A stretch of 64,000 nucleotides of DNA from an uncultured Nitrososphaerales archaeon (GCA_963695855.1 CAVOHZ010000010.1:1024001-1088000); one strand, 5' to 3'. Positions 10,350-20,733 are shown, counted from the first letter of the stretch. Program-made: numbers and translations. Notes: generated by a model not told the origin, from the sequence alone.

Positions 10350-11015
10350 TTGAAAGGATCTATTATTCTTAATTTTAAGAATTATATGGAGATTTCTGGG
10401 GGAAAAACATTAGAATTAGCTAAAATAGCAGAAACAATATCAAAAAGCTTTAAAGTTGAAATAATATTGGCTCCTCCTCAAGCATCATTGTTCCATATAA
10501 CAAAATCTGTTAAACTTCCAGTCATAAGCCAACATGTTGATAATGAGAAAGTAGGTTCAACAACAGGATTTTTTATTCCAGAATTAGCAAAGTCTTATGG
10601 AGTTGTGGGATCTTTGATTAATCATAGCGAACACAGATTGGATCATAAAATCATTAAGGAACTAATCGATAGATTAAGAAAGCTGGATATGCTTTCTATC
10701 GTCTGTGCTTCAGATGTACTTCAGGTTGGTATGTTATCCAAATTTAATCCAGATATGATTGCAATAGAGCCCCCAGAACTGATCGGTACTGGACAAGCAG
10801 TGAGTAAAGTTAATCCGGCTATTATTAGAGATTCAGTAACAGAAGCGAAGAAATATTCAGAATCAAAAGTTATTTGCGGGGCGGGCATTGTAGACAAGAG
10901 TGATGTTATTAGTGCTATTGAATTAGGTTCACAAGGAATCCTGATAGCAAGTGGTATAATAAAGGCACGATCGTGGGAAGAAAAATTATCAGAACTAGTT
11001 CAAGCATTCAGATAA
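10350..11015 (+). CDS. tpiA: Triosephosphate isomerase (archaeal type)
   Basis: NFKNY, NHSEHR, AIEPPELIGTG and CGAGI. Confidence 0.97.
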   Translation: MKGSIILNFKNYMEISGGKTLELAKIAETISKSFKVEIILAPPQASLFHITKSVKLPVISQHVDNEKVGSTTGFFIPELAKSYGVVGSLINHSEHRLDHKIIKELIDRLRKLDMLSIVCASDVLQVGMLSKFNPDMIAIEPPELIGTGQAVSKVNPAIIRDSVTEAKKYSESKVICGAGIVDKSDVISAIELGSQGILIASGIIKARSWEEKLSELVQAFR

Positions 11016-11046
11016 ATGAATATAAATAAAAAATTATTAATAATAA

Positions 11047-11268
11047 ATTGGTTTAGGTCCCAACTCTTTTCAAGATTGGTTTAGGTCCCAACTCTTTTCA
11101 AGATTGGTTTAGGTCCCAACTCTTTTCAAGATTGGTTTAGGTCCCAACTCTTTTCAAGATTGGTTTAGGTCCCAACTCTTTTCAAGATTGGTTTAGGTCC
11201 CAACTCTTTTCAAGATTGGTTTAGGTCCCAACTCTTTTCAAGATTGGTTTAGGTCCCAACTCTTTTCA
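11047..11268. repeat. Perfect 28-bp tandem repeat: 7 full copies plus one 26-bp copy, no spacers
   Basis: Unit ATTGGTTTAGGTCCCAACTCTTTTCAAG starts at 11047, 11075, 11103, 11131, 11159, 11187, 11215 and 11243. The last copy contains the final codons and stop of ORF 11249..11554. Confidence 0.97.
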
Positions 11269-11554
11269 TCTTTGAGCCACATCTAGGACATGATAGCTGA
11301 TTGTGTTTTACTCCGCAATTCATACAGTAATAACTTACTGAATTATTTCCAAACATTGTAGCGCCTGACATTCCTAACTTTCTCATTGTTCTCTGTCTCA
11401 TGTAAAAACTTAATAGAATGAAAACACCGATTATTATTGGCAATGAATAAGGAAATGGCACAATAATAGATATTGCCAGACTTATCGCTAGTGATATACC
11501 TATCCAAAGAAATTGATTTATGAGAAAACTTTTATTATTAAAATCACTCATCAA
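11249..11554 (-). CDS. Small membrane protein with two TM helices and a C-terminal zinc ribbon
   Basis: Hydrophobic hairpin followed by YYCMNCG...CPRCGSK. Confidence 0.85.
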   Translation of the reverse strand: MMSDFNNKSFLINQFLWIGISLAISLAISIIVPFPYSLPIIIGVFILLSFYMRQRTMRKLGMSGATMFGNNSVSYYCMNCGVKHNQLSCPRCGSKMKRVGT

Positions 11555-12039
11555 TTTAATTATATCATTCTGGTATTTATAAATTATTTTGATACTAGAA
11601 TATTTTCATTAAAAGATTTGAACGAGGACTTCACATCACATTTAAATATTCCCAGATTTAACTTAACAATACATCGACCAAACCGAAGGGGAACATTACC
11701 CAGACTCAGGATATTGAGCAGATATCCTGGGTCAATCTTTAAAAAATAATTGAAATCAATGATGTTTTTAGTCTATACAAATCTATTGTACGAATTCTTC
11801 ATACATGATGACCGGGATGAAATAATAATGATTCATTATATTAAAATAAAAATATTCATTGTGATCAACTTTGCTTAGATATAAAGATAAAATCCAAAAA
11901 TTTTTAAAAAAAATGTTATTTTTTATAGGATCAGATAGAAAAATTATAATTTTTTATTTTTAAAGGAACGCTCGAATTTATTACTATTAATAAAACATAA
12001 CTTTAAAAAAAGGTATTTTCTTTATTAACTGATATTAGA

Positions 12040-12405
12040 TTGTCGGAGAAAAATGCAAATGCAAAAAAAGAAGCAAGTACTACCCCTACAAGAAAAAGAA
12101 TTGAGGCTTTCATTCGAGAAGAGAAAGTTCATGATGTTCTATTGGCTTTAAATAAGATTGGTCAGCCCGCTACATTTCATGATTCAAAAGGAATAGGAAA
12201 AGGAGAAAAATATCAAATCAGATATGGTCGACATGGTGATCTCACTACAATGGCTTACTCTAATAGACGTACAGTTGAAACCGTCGTGGATGAAGATAAC
12301 GTAGATGAAGTAGTTTCACTTATAAAAGAAGCTGCCCAGGTAAGTAAATCCGGAGCTGGTGGAATAATAGTAGTTTCTCCAGTAGATGAAGTTATAACGA
12401 TTTAA
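12040..12405 (+). CDS. P-II family signal-transduction protein (divergent)
   Basis: KRIEAFIREEK, SKGIGKGEK (T-loop base), ETVVDEDNVDEVV and GGIIVVSPVDEVITI. Confidence 0.9.
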   Translation: MSEKNANAKKEASTTPTRKRIEAFIREEKVHDVLLALNKIGQPATFHDSKGIGKGEKYQIRYGRHGDLTTMAYSNRRTVETVVDEDNVDEVVSLIKEAAQVSKSGAGGIIVVSPVDEVITI

Positions 12406-12459
12406 TTCTCATAAAATTTCAAAATTTCATATTTTTTTAACGTTTAAATGAATTTAATA

Positions 12460-13476
12460 TCATAGGATATTTTTGTCTAACAAATCTACAAAATCTTGAA
12501 AGTTGTTTTCGGGTATTACTGCACCACATGCCTTGTCGTGACCACCTCCACTACCTCCAAGGCGTGATGCTATTTCATTAACGACTCTTCCAAGATGTGT
12601 ATTACACTCTTTTGATGCTCTGATAGAAATTATGAATGAACTTTTCTCTTCTTTAAATTTATACACTAGCGCAACTTTTTTTTCAGATGCGCCTAGGATA
12701 AAATTGACTACTGTACTTGATGCGAGGTCTAGAGTATTTTGAACAAACACAAGATTATTAGAAGTTCTTATTTCATCAGAGAGAGATACCAAGGCACGTG
12801 ATATTTTTTGAGCATATTTCTCTGCCTCAAGAAATCCACCGTCGATATCATGTGGAAATTTCATTTCAGATAGAGTTCTCACTATTCTGTGTAAATACTC
12901 ATCATCATTTTGATGCGAAGATATCATGTAGGATAACACAGTAGACTCCAGCATCAAGAATTGTCTATCATACCTTGATAATAGGGAAGAGGCCAAAGGT
13001 TTAGAATCAAGATAATCGGTTAAAGCTCCAGCTGCTGCAAAAAAAGCATAATGCTGTTTTAATCTTTTTTTATATTTGATATATACCTGAACGCTGGTTG
13101 ATTCTTCGGTAGAATGAACAAGGTTGACTCCAATATCCTTTATTTCATTTTTGATATCAGCATCCAGATCATGATGATCTATATAGGTAACTTTGTATCC
13201 TAAAGATACAAGTTTATTCAATATATTTACAAATTTTTTATGAATTTTTTTATTTAATCCTAAATCGCATATGAATATTCTATTATATCCTTTTGTTACT
13301 TGACCTAATTCATTAGAAAGCTTATCTAACTTATTTATTAGGTTGGCATAGTCTACTAGGATCGTAGATACTTTTTTAAAAGCCGAATTAATCAATACAG
13401 CAGAAGATATTCCATCAACATCTTCTTTATGAGATAAACAAATAGTGATAGACATTTTTGAAAGACTAAATATCAA
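12460..13476 (-). CDS. DHH/DHHA1 family phosphoesterase
   Basis: SHKEDVDG, ICDLG, IDHH and the C-terminal GGSGGGHDKACG. Confidence 0.9.
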   Translation of the reverse strand: MIFSLSKMSITICLSHKEDVDGISSAVLINSAFKKVSTILVDYANLINKLDKLSNELGQVTKGYNRIFICDLGLNKKIHKKFVNILNKLVSLGYKVTYIDHHDLDADIKNEIKDIGVNLVHSTEESTSVQVYIKYKKRLKQHYAFFAAAGALTDYLDSKPLASSLLSRYDRQFLMLESTVLSYMISSHQNDDEYLHRIVRTLSEMKFPHDIDGGFLEAEKYAQKISRALVSLSDEIRTSNNLVFVQNTLDLASSTVVNFILGASEKKVALVYKFKEEKSSFIISIRASKECNTHLGRVVNEIASRLGGSGGGHDKACGAVIPENNFQDFVDLLDKNIL

Positions 13477-13719
13477 TTATTCTCTACAATTTGCATATTA
13501 AATGATTTTTTATTTTGCACAATATCCAGACGGGATTCTATTATAGTTGCTTTATAAAATTGAAAAACACTAGACTTGACATGAAAACGATCAAAAATAA
13601 TTTCAGCTATCATATACTTTTAATCCAATTGTTATTTAATATATATATTCTGTTGATATATTTAATGCAGCGTAATTAGTGTAGCAATATTGCGTGACAA
13701 CACTAGAAGATATTGGAAC

Positions 13720-13745
13720 AGGTTGTAGTCTATAACCTTTAAATA
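13720..13745 (+). promoter_or_regulatory. Inverted repeat abutting the TATA box of the Dps-like gene
   Basis: AGGTTGTAG-T-CTATAACCT (8 of 9 complementary, 13720-13738) is followed directly by TTTAAATA about 25-30 bp before the ATG at 13768. Confidence 0.5.
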
Positions 13746-13767
13746 ATACCATTCAAATCCGAATACT

Positions 13768-14364
13768 ATGTCAGCAGATAATCAAAAAGGAACTGTTCCA
13801 AAAATTGTTGCTCTCGAAGTACTTGAAAAAAATGGAGTTAATGTTGAGAGATTGAAAGAATTGATAACTAAAGGTGTAGGAGCAGAATTTACAACCTATT
13901 ATTACTATACAATTTTGCGAATGCACTGTACGGGTTTAGATGGAGAAGGAATCAAGGAGATTGTAGAAGATGCTAGAATAGAAGATAGAAATCATTTTGA
14001 GGCCATGACTCCGCGACTTTATGAATTAGGTGGAAGTCTTCCAAGAGATATAAGAGACTTTGCAGACCAAGCCGGTTGTCCAGATGCGTATTTACCAGAA
14101 AACTGGCAAAATCTAGAATCAATTATGAAGGTACTCTTAGAAGCAGAACAATGCGCTATCAGATCTTGGGGTGAAGTGTGTGATATGACCGCTGGAAAAG
14201 ATCCCAGAACATATGACATTGCTCAGAGAATCATGCAAGAAGAGGTTGAACATGAGGCGTGGTTTATTGAACTTCTTTCAAAGAGGCCTTCAGGTCACTT
14301 TAGAAGAAAATATGTTGGACAATCACCTCACACTGGATCTCAAGGTGGATTAATTCACACATAA
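13768..14364 (+). CDS. dpsL: Dps-like (DpsL) ferritin-superfamily protein
   Basis: [39 protein letters not shown] and EEVEHEAWF are the archaeal DpsL signature. Confidence 0.92.
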   Translation: MSADNQKGTVPKIVALEVLEKNGVNVERLKELITKGVGAEFTTYYYYTILRMHCTGLDGEGIKEIVEDARIEDRNHFEAMTPRLYELGGSLPRDIRDFADQAGCPDAYLPENWQNLESIMKVLLEAEQCAIRSWGEVCDMTAGKDPRTYDIAQRIMQEEVEHEAWFIELLSKRPSGHFRRKYVGQSPHTGSQGGLIHT

Positions 14365-14453
14365 CTTTTTTTATTTTACTCCAAAATTTAAAAATTCTTA
14401 ACTGCGAAATAAATATAATACTTTTATTATCCATAATTTATGATTAGAATCAA

Positions 14454-14597
14454 ATGAAAAGAAGAATAGCTGAAATTTTAATGATAGCTTCCGGAATTGG
14501 TTTGACTATGGGTGCTAGTACTCTAAATGTTATCTCTTTGGTGTATGGAGGACTAGCTATCATGGGATTAGGGATAATATCCGTATTTTGGAGATAG
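14454..14597 (+). CDS. 47-aa two-helix membrane microprotein (not in the ORF track)
   Basis: MKRRIAEILMIASGIGLTMGASTLNVISLVYGGLAIMGLGIISVFWR: ATG start, basic N-terminus, Gly-rich hydrophobic hairpin. Confidence 0.65.
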   Translation: MKRRIAEILMIASGIGLTMGASTLNVISLVYGGLAIMGLGIISVFWR

Positions 14598-14741
14598 AAT
14601 TAGTACTATCTAAAAAATAATGTCGTTTGGTACAATAGGTAAACAGCAAAAAACGGGTGTTTAAATATAAGAATTTGTGATCCTAAAATTCTTTTTAAAA
14701 AGATAAAAGACTACCAAGAAGAGAAAAGATCGATTGTTGTA

Positions 14742-15749
14742 ATGCATGATTTTTTTATTGACAGGATAATAAAAATCAAAAATCAAGAAGAACTCTTATC
14801 AATGATAGTTGAAAAATCAAAGTTTGGCGGTGGAAGTATTAGGGGAGTTCAGACCTTAGAAATTGAAGGAGGAAATGCTGTGAATGTAGCTTTTTGTCTT
14901 GCCAAATTAGGACTTGATGTACATCTGTTCACAATAGCAGACAACATAGGAAAAAAGATCTTGCTAAATTTATTTAAAGAATTAAAGAATGTAAAATTAC
15001 GTGTATTTTCTGGCAGACCTGGATATACTACTTCATTGGAATTTTTCAATTCATCAAGTAACGAATTGGAAGCTAATATCATGATTAGCGATGTTGGAGA
15101 CAATACTGACTTCGGACCAGATAGATTTTGCAGATCTACAGAAAAAAATGTTCTGGAAGCTGCTGATGCAGTAATTGTCTTGAATTGGGCATCCAATTTA
15201 AAAGGTGCTTCGCTTTTAGAATATGTTTTTAAAAATTCGCCTAATGCGTTTCATTTTATGGATCCTGCAGATATAAAGAGCAGAACAAAAGAATTTTGTT
15301 CATTATTGCGAGAACGTGCGGACATAATTGATATCTTGAGTTTAAATGAAAATGAATGTAATTCATTGCTTTTAGAATTAAATTATGGAGATCTAATATT
15401 AAAAAACTATTATGAAAGTAAAGAAATTAAATTGGCAGCAAAAACACTTGCAAAGAACCTAAAAATATCTATTGACTTGCATACTAAAAATGGATCGGTT
15501 TTTTCAGATGGAAAGGATATTTTTTTTGTCAAGTCATGGAGAGATATAATTATAAAAAGTTTGACCGGAGCTGGAGATTCATGGGATGCAGCAGATATAC
15601 TAGGACATCTATCAGGCCTTAATCCAAACGAACGATTATTTTTTGCTAATATATTTGCTGCTTTATATATATCCCAAGAAGATAGACGATTAATAACATT
15701 GGATAATGTTATCCAATTTTATAATAAGCTATATAAAATTACATCATAA
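14742..15749 (+). CDS. PfkB/ribokinase-family carbohydrate kinase
   Basis: GGNAVNVAFCLAKLG, SLNENE and LTGAGDSWDA. Confidence 0.9.
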   Translation: MHDFFIDRIIKIKNQEELLSMIVEKSKFGGGSIRGVQTLEIEGGNAVNVAFCLAKLGLDVHLFTIADNIGKKILLNLFKELKNVKLRVFSGRPGYTTSLEFFNSSSNELEANIMISDVGDNTDFGPDRFCRSTEKNVLEAADAVIVLNWASNLKGASLLEYVFKNSPNAFHFMDPADIKSRTKEFCSLLRERADIIDILSLNENECNSLLLELNYGDLILKNYYESKEIKLAAKTLAKNLKISIDLHTKNGSVFSDGKDIFFVKSWRDIIIKSLTGAGDSWDAADILGHLSGLNPNERLFFANIFAALYISQEDRRLITLDNVIQFYNKLYKITS

Positions 15750-15899
15750 ATTATAATTGTTCATAGATATTTGCTGTCATCTATGATATGGTTGCAAATG
15801 TTTGTAAATTTATCTAAAGTTAAATAATTAAATATATTTAAAGTTTGAAAATTTAGTACATAATATTAAATATAAAAGTATTTCACAAAAATAGTGAAG

Positions 15900-16778
15900 T
15901 TATTTTGAAAATGCTGTTTTTGTCACTAATTCTTCTATTTTTTTGTTAATATCCAATGTAACCTTCAATAAATCAGGCGTCCATCCACGTTTTTTAATAA
16001 ATGTGGACAATGCCTTTGTATCTTTTGGCAGACATGCACCTTCAAATGGCTTTCCTGCCATTGTTCCATATTTACCTATACGTTTATCTAATGACACTCC
16101 AAGGCTTACAGCCTTATCATCAATCGCTAATTCTTTGCAGAGCATGCCGATTTCGTTAAAGAATGAAATCTTCAATGACAAGAAACAATTGGAAGTATAT
16201 TTTATCATTTCAGCTGCCGCAAAGCTCGTTACGATAATCTTTTCAGTTAAAGGCTTGTAAATTTCTTGTAATAACTTCGAGCTACCTGCAAACTCTTCTC
16301 CAATAATAATTCGGTCGGGAACAAAAAAATCCTCATAGGCAGTATCCTGTCTTAGAAATTCCGGATTATAACATATATTGTAGTTTTTACCGCGTTGTAA
16401 TCTACAGTGTTTATCCATATAATCAACAACAACCTCTTTCATTGTTCCAGGTAACATTGTACTTCTAAATACTATCGAAGTCTCTCTGCCATTTTCTTTA
16501 TAATTTAATGCATCTGTTATAGAAAATAAAGCAGATTTTACTTGTGATAAATCCTGCTCATCATCATCTCCTGTTGGGGTATTCACACAGACAAAAGTAA
16601 TTTCACCATGTCCTAATGCTTCTTTAACATTCTTTGCAATCTGATATCCTTCTTTCTTTAATGTATCCAACCTAGTTTTAGAAATATCATAAAATAGTAC
16701 ATCATGGCCCAATTTACTAAATCCCTTGCCAGTTGCAGATCCCACAACACCAGAACCTATTATTGAAATTTTTACCAT
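15900..16778 (-). CDS. UDP-glucose/GDP-mannose dehydrogenase family protein (short form without the C-terminal domain)
   Basis: GSGVVG Rossmann motif, CVNTP, RSTMLPGT, NPEFLRQ, AEMIKY, KISFFNE and the catalytic Cys in GACLPKD. Confidence 0.93.
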   Translation of the reverse strand: MVKISIIGSGVVGSATGKGFSKLGHDVLFYDISKTRLDTLKKEGYQIAKNVKEALGHGEITFVCVNTPTGDDDEQDLSQVKSALFSITDALNYKENGRETSIVFRSTMLPGTMKEVVVDYMDKHCRLQRGKNYNICYNPEFLRQDTAYEDFFVPDRIIIGEEFAGSSKLLQEIYKPLTEKIIVTSFAAAEMIKYTSNCFLSLKISFFNEIGMLCKELAIDDKAVSLGVSLDKRIGKYGTMAGKPFEGACLPKDTKALSTFIKKRGWTPDLLKVTLDINKKIEELVTKTAFSK

Positions 16779-17033
16779 TATTAATTTCGCAACCCTCTAT
16801 ATACAAAAATCCATTTAAATAATCTGGATATATAAGTACTACGATCTCTTTTTATCCTAAATAGTTAGAAGGAATTCTTTTATAAATTGTTCTATAAAAT
16901 AATAATATAAATATCGATATAACAAATATGAGAAAAAAGATACGAAGGCATTTTTTTCATATTTCTATCATGAAAAATTTTTCGATCTACATATAAATTA
17001 GAATTGGTTATAATAAGAAATAAGAAACAATAG

Positions 17034-18491
17034 ATGTACAGGCTAGTAGATAGTAGAATACCAGAAGAAATTACGATTATTACGGTAATTGTAGCTTTAT
17101 CTGTACTTCTCATATTTTCAATACTTCTTACTTTTTCTCCCGGATTATTTAATCACGTTTCAATTGTAAAACCGATTGAAACATTTATTCTCAAGATATC
17201 TGAAGGTGTAGGTTTTGCCGCTATCACTTATTATCAGATCATATGGATATACATACCATTAGGATTAATAGGGTTATGGCGATGGAGTATATGGCTATTC
17301 AAAAAATCATCTTCACTACTTTATTATCCCATTAGTAACTGTAATGATGAACATCGCCATAAATATAGCATAATTACTCCTGTATACAATGAAGACCCCG
17401 CTATTTTTCAAGATGCGATAGAATCGTGGATTCAAAATAAACCAGATGAGATCATTGGTGTTATAGATCATAATGACAAGAAATGTATCGAGGTCTTTCA
17501 GAGAATATCAATAGATAGACCATTCATGAAACTCATTGTTATCGAAAAACCTGGCAAGAGACCTGCTTTAGCAGAGGGTATTAGAGAAGCAAGAAACAAG
17601 ATAGTTGCTCTAGTAGACAGTGATACAATATGGGAAAAAGATATAAGAAATTCAATATTATCGCCATTTGAAGATCCCACAATAGGAGGCGTAACCACAA
17701 GGCAACATCCTATTGAAAGACGAACAATCTGGCAAAAGATAACTGATATCTTGTGGGATATGAGAAATTATTATGATTTACCAGCGCAGACTGCAATGGG
17801 TCAAGCATTATCTTGTTTATCTGGAAGAACTTCACTATATAGAAAGGATATCATTGAAGGAAGTTTGGATGAATTTCTGAATGAGATAGTGCTAGAAAGA
17901 AGGAAAGAGTCTGGAGAAGATAAATGTCTTACAAGAATAGTTCATAAAAAGGGTTGGAAAACATATTACCAGAGCAATGCAGTAATATATTCTTACGCTG
18001 CTCCTGATTTCAAGACATTTTGGAGACAAAGGCTAAGATGGTCAAGAAATAGTCACAATTCAGATTTAGTTAGTTTATGGGACGGTTGGGCATGGAAACA
18101 TCCGTTTTTGGCATTTCATATTATTGATAGATTTATCTCTATTTTTACTCTATTTTTTGGTCCTATCTTCTTCGGAGTAGCACTTTTTATGAACCAATAC
18201 ATATTAGCACTTTCAATATTGGCATTATGGATGGTAGGAAGAGCAATAAAAATAATACCGCATCTTAAACGCTATCCCAAGGATATAACACTATTACCAA
18301 TATACGTTGTGATTAATTTTATCAGTGCGTTCGTCAAGCTTTATGCACTTGTAACAATCAGAGATCAAAAATGGATAAGGTCTAAGAATAGAAAAATTGG
18401 AACGTCACAGTTAAAAAATATAAAAAATTTAATATTGACCTCTGAAATAATTAGTTGTTTAATTTTTGTAGTAATTTACATTATAAAATAA
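17034..18491 (+). CDS. Processive membrane GT2 synthase (hyaluronan synthase/Cps3S/NodC-like)
   Basis: PVYNED, GKR, VDSD, CLSGRTSLYR, GEDKCLT and QRLRWSRN (QxxRW), with flanking TM helices. Confidence 0.9.
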   Translation: MYRLVDSRIPEEITIITVIVALSVLLIFSILLTFSPGLFNHVSIVKPIETFILKISEGVGFAAITYYQIIWIYIPLGLIGLWRWSIWLFKKSSSLLYYPISNCNDEHRHKYSIITPVYNEDPAIFQDAIESWIQNKPDEIIGVIDHNDKKCIEVFQRISIDRPFMKLIVIEKPGKRPALAEGIREARNKIVALVDSDTIWEKDIRNSILSPFEDPTIGGVTTRQHPIERRTIWQKITDILWDMRNYYDLPAQTAMGQALSCLSGRTSLYRKDIIEGSLDEFLNEIVLERRKESGEDKCLTRIVHKKGWKTYYQSNAVIYSYAAPDFKTFWRQRLRWSRNSHNSDLVSLWDGWAWKHPFLAFHIIDRFISIFTLFFGPIFFGVALFMNQYILALSILALWMVGRAIKIIPHLKRYPKDITLLPIYVVINFISAFVKLYALVTIRDQKWIRSKNRKIGTSQLKNIKNLILTSEIISCLIFVVIYIIK

Positions 18492-18588
18492 ATTTCAAAA
18501 GACCGCTAACGAGTTTAAAAAGCAAAAAGAAGAGAATTTCATTACAATTCGGTATAGCTTTTATATTTCAAAAATAATTTAATATAGA

Positions 18589-18798
18589 ATGGGCAGGATA
18601 AACAAGGGTATAAAGTGCAGTGTTCAAGGCTGTGAAGAGGATGCCGAAAGGTCGATGAGTGAAAGCAAAGGCATGATGGCTTCAGATTTAAGTATTATTT
18701 CTTCGAGCAAGAGAGTATACCTATGCAGAAATCACTATAAAGAATGGAAAAAAGCTACCAAAGAAGATCGTGAAAATGAAAGGGCCAGATGGGGATAA
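18589..18798 (+). CDS. Small zinc-binding protein upstream of thrS
   Basis: CSVQGC...YLCRNHYKEWKK, with a TATA-like TTTATA upstream. Confidence 0.75.
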   Translation: MGRINKGIKCSVQGCEEDAERSMSESKGMMASDLSIISSSKRVYLCRNHYKEWKKATKEDRENERARWG

Positions 18799-18828
18799 AA
18801 AGATAGAGATTTAGAAGGTTTCCAGAAT

Positions 18829-20733
18829 ATGCGTTTACTGCAATTACATGCTGACTTTATTGAATACACACCTATTTCAAAGGAACTTAAAGATGCAGAA
18901 GATGAAATAAAACTAGAAACAAAGAGATTAGATAATTTAGTCGTAGCCTTTGTCTGCATAGAAAAATATGATGACAGGCAGATCATTGACAAAGCCCTGA
19001 ATGAGATAAAAAATTATTTAGAAAATATTAAAGTCAACAGATTATTAATATATCCCTATGCACATTTAAGTTCTGATTTAGCTTCGCCAAAAAATGCTTT
19101 TGAATTCATTATAGAACTTGAGAAATTAGCTAAAAAGATCATTAACAATGTAGAAAGAGCTCCTTTTGGTTGGACAAAATCGCTGAATATAAGTGTAAAA
19201 GGTCATCCACTTGCAGAAAATTTTAAAATCATTGACAAAAGTCAAGACAAAATAGGGACAGAAGTTTCTGATCGTTCCCATGTACATGAAATAGAGGTTG
19301 TATCGTCTGCTTTAAAATTTGAAGAAAAACAAGAATCAACATGGTTCATACTAGATATGGATGGAAATTTGATTCCTTTGGACAAGTTCAACTATAATAA
19401 TGATGGTAATTTTAAGAAACTTATAGATTATGAAACCGCCAAAAGAAGAATTGTGGATGAACAACCTCCTCATGTTGGATTGATGAGAAAAATGGGTATA
19501 GCAGATTACGAATCTGCATCTGATCCAGGAAATATTAGATTCTATCCAAAAGGTAGATTGATGAAATCTTTGATTGAACAATATGTAACCAAAAAAGTCC
19601 TTGAATATGGAGGAATTGAGGTAGAAACTCCTATCATGTATGATACCAAACACCCATCTATGGAGAGTTATTTTAACCGCTTTCCTGCGAGACAATATAA
19701 TATTTTATCGGATAATAAAACATTATTTCTTCGATTTGCAGCATGTTTTGGTCAATTTTTAATGGCCAAGGATTTTCATATTACTTATAAAAATCTTCCA
19801 CTAAAACTTTACGAATTAACTAGATATAGTTTTAGAAGAGAAAAAAGCGGGGAATTAGTAGGATTAAGGAGACTTAGGGCATTTAGTATGCCAGACTGTC
19901 ATGCATTTTGTAAAGATATGGAACAATCAAAGGAAGAATTCCTAAAAAGATTGGACTTGTCTATAGATGTGATATCTGCTTTCAACTTGAAAATAGAGGA
20001 AGACATAGAGATGGCAATCAGATTCACAGAACCGTTTTATATTGAGAATAGAGATTTTATTTTACAAATCCTAAAAAAATTTGGAAAACCAATACTTGTA
20101 GAAATGTGGAAGGAAAGATTCTTCTATTTTGTTTTGAAGTGGGAATTTAATTACATCGATAATTTGGGAAAGGCAGCGGCCCTATCTACTGATCAAATTG
20201 ATGTTGAAAATGGCAAAAGATACAATATTGAATTCGTTGACGAAGATGGAACAAAGAAGAATCCTATAATTTTACATAATTCTCCGAGTGGAGCTGTCGA
20301 AAGAGTATTGTATGCTCTATTAGAAAAAGCTGCAAAAATTATGCATAAGGGAGAAAGACCAGCATTTCCATTATGGTTAACGCATACTCAGGTAAGAATT
20401 ATTCCCATAAAAAAAAATCATGTTGAAAAATCGGAGGAAATCGAAGAGATTTTTGCCAAAAATCAGATAAGGGCCGATATAGATGATAGGGAAGAGTCTG
20501 TTGGAAAAAGAATAAGGGAAGCAGAAACTGAGTGGATTCCATTTATCATAGTGATAGGAGATAGGGAAGTTGAAACTTCTATGGTGGTTGTAAGGGATCG
20601 TGCCAGCAGCAATCAATATGAATCCAACCTAGACTTACTTATAAATAAAATCAAGATAGAGATACAAGGTAAGCCGTTTATGCCATTGAACTTACCGAAA
20701 TATCTATCAAAGCGACCTCAAATTATGACATAA
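18829..20733 (+). CDS. thrS: Threonine--tRNA ligase (archaeal, with N-terminal editing domain)
   Basis: MRLLQLHAD, YPYAHLSS, RAPFGWTK, LRFAACFGQF, RLRAFSMPDCH and the anticodon-binding C-terminus. Confidence 0.97.
   Translation: MRLLQLHADFIEYTPISKELKDAEDEIKLETKRLDNLVVAFVCIEKYDDRQIIDKALNEIKNYLENIKVNRLLIYPYAHLSSDLASPKNAFEFIIELEKLAKKIINNVERAPFGWTKSLNISVKGHPLAENFKIIDKSQDKIGTEVSDRSHVHEIEVVSSALKFEEKQESTWFILDMDGNLIPLDKFNYNNDGNFKKLIDYETAKRRIVDEQPPHVGLMRKMGIADYESASDPGNIRFYPKGRLMKSLIEQYVTKKVLEYGGIEVETPIMYDTKHPSMESYFNRFPARQYNILSDNKTLFLRFAACFGQFLMAKDFHITYKNLPLKLYELTRYSFRREKSGELVGLRRLRAFSMPDCHAFCKDMEQSKEEFLKRLDLSIDVISAFNLKIEEDIEMAIRFTEPFYIENRDFILQILKKFGKPILVEMWKERFFYFVLKWEFNYIDNLGKAAALSTDQIDVENGKRYNIEFVDEDGTKKNPIILHNSPSGAVERVLYALLEKAAKIMHKGERPAFPLWLTHTQVRIIPIKKNHVEKSEEIEEIFAKNQIRADIDDREESVGKRIREAETEWIPFIIVIGDREVETSMVVVRDRASSNQYESNLDLLINKIKIEIQGKPFMPLNLPKYLSKRPQIMT

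Noticed and set aside
11047-11268. CRISPR array
   Set aside because: The 28-bp units are directly adjacent with no spacers, there are no cas genes, and the unit derives from the neighbouring gene's 3' end.
11800-11870. C/D box sRNA suggested by ATGATGA
   Set aside because: There is no properly placed CTGA D box or terminal stem.
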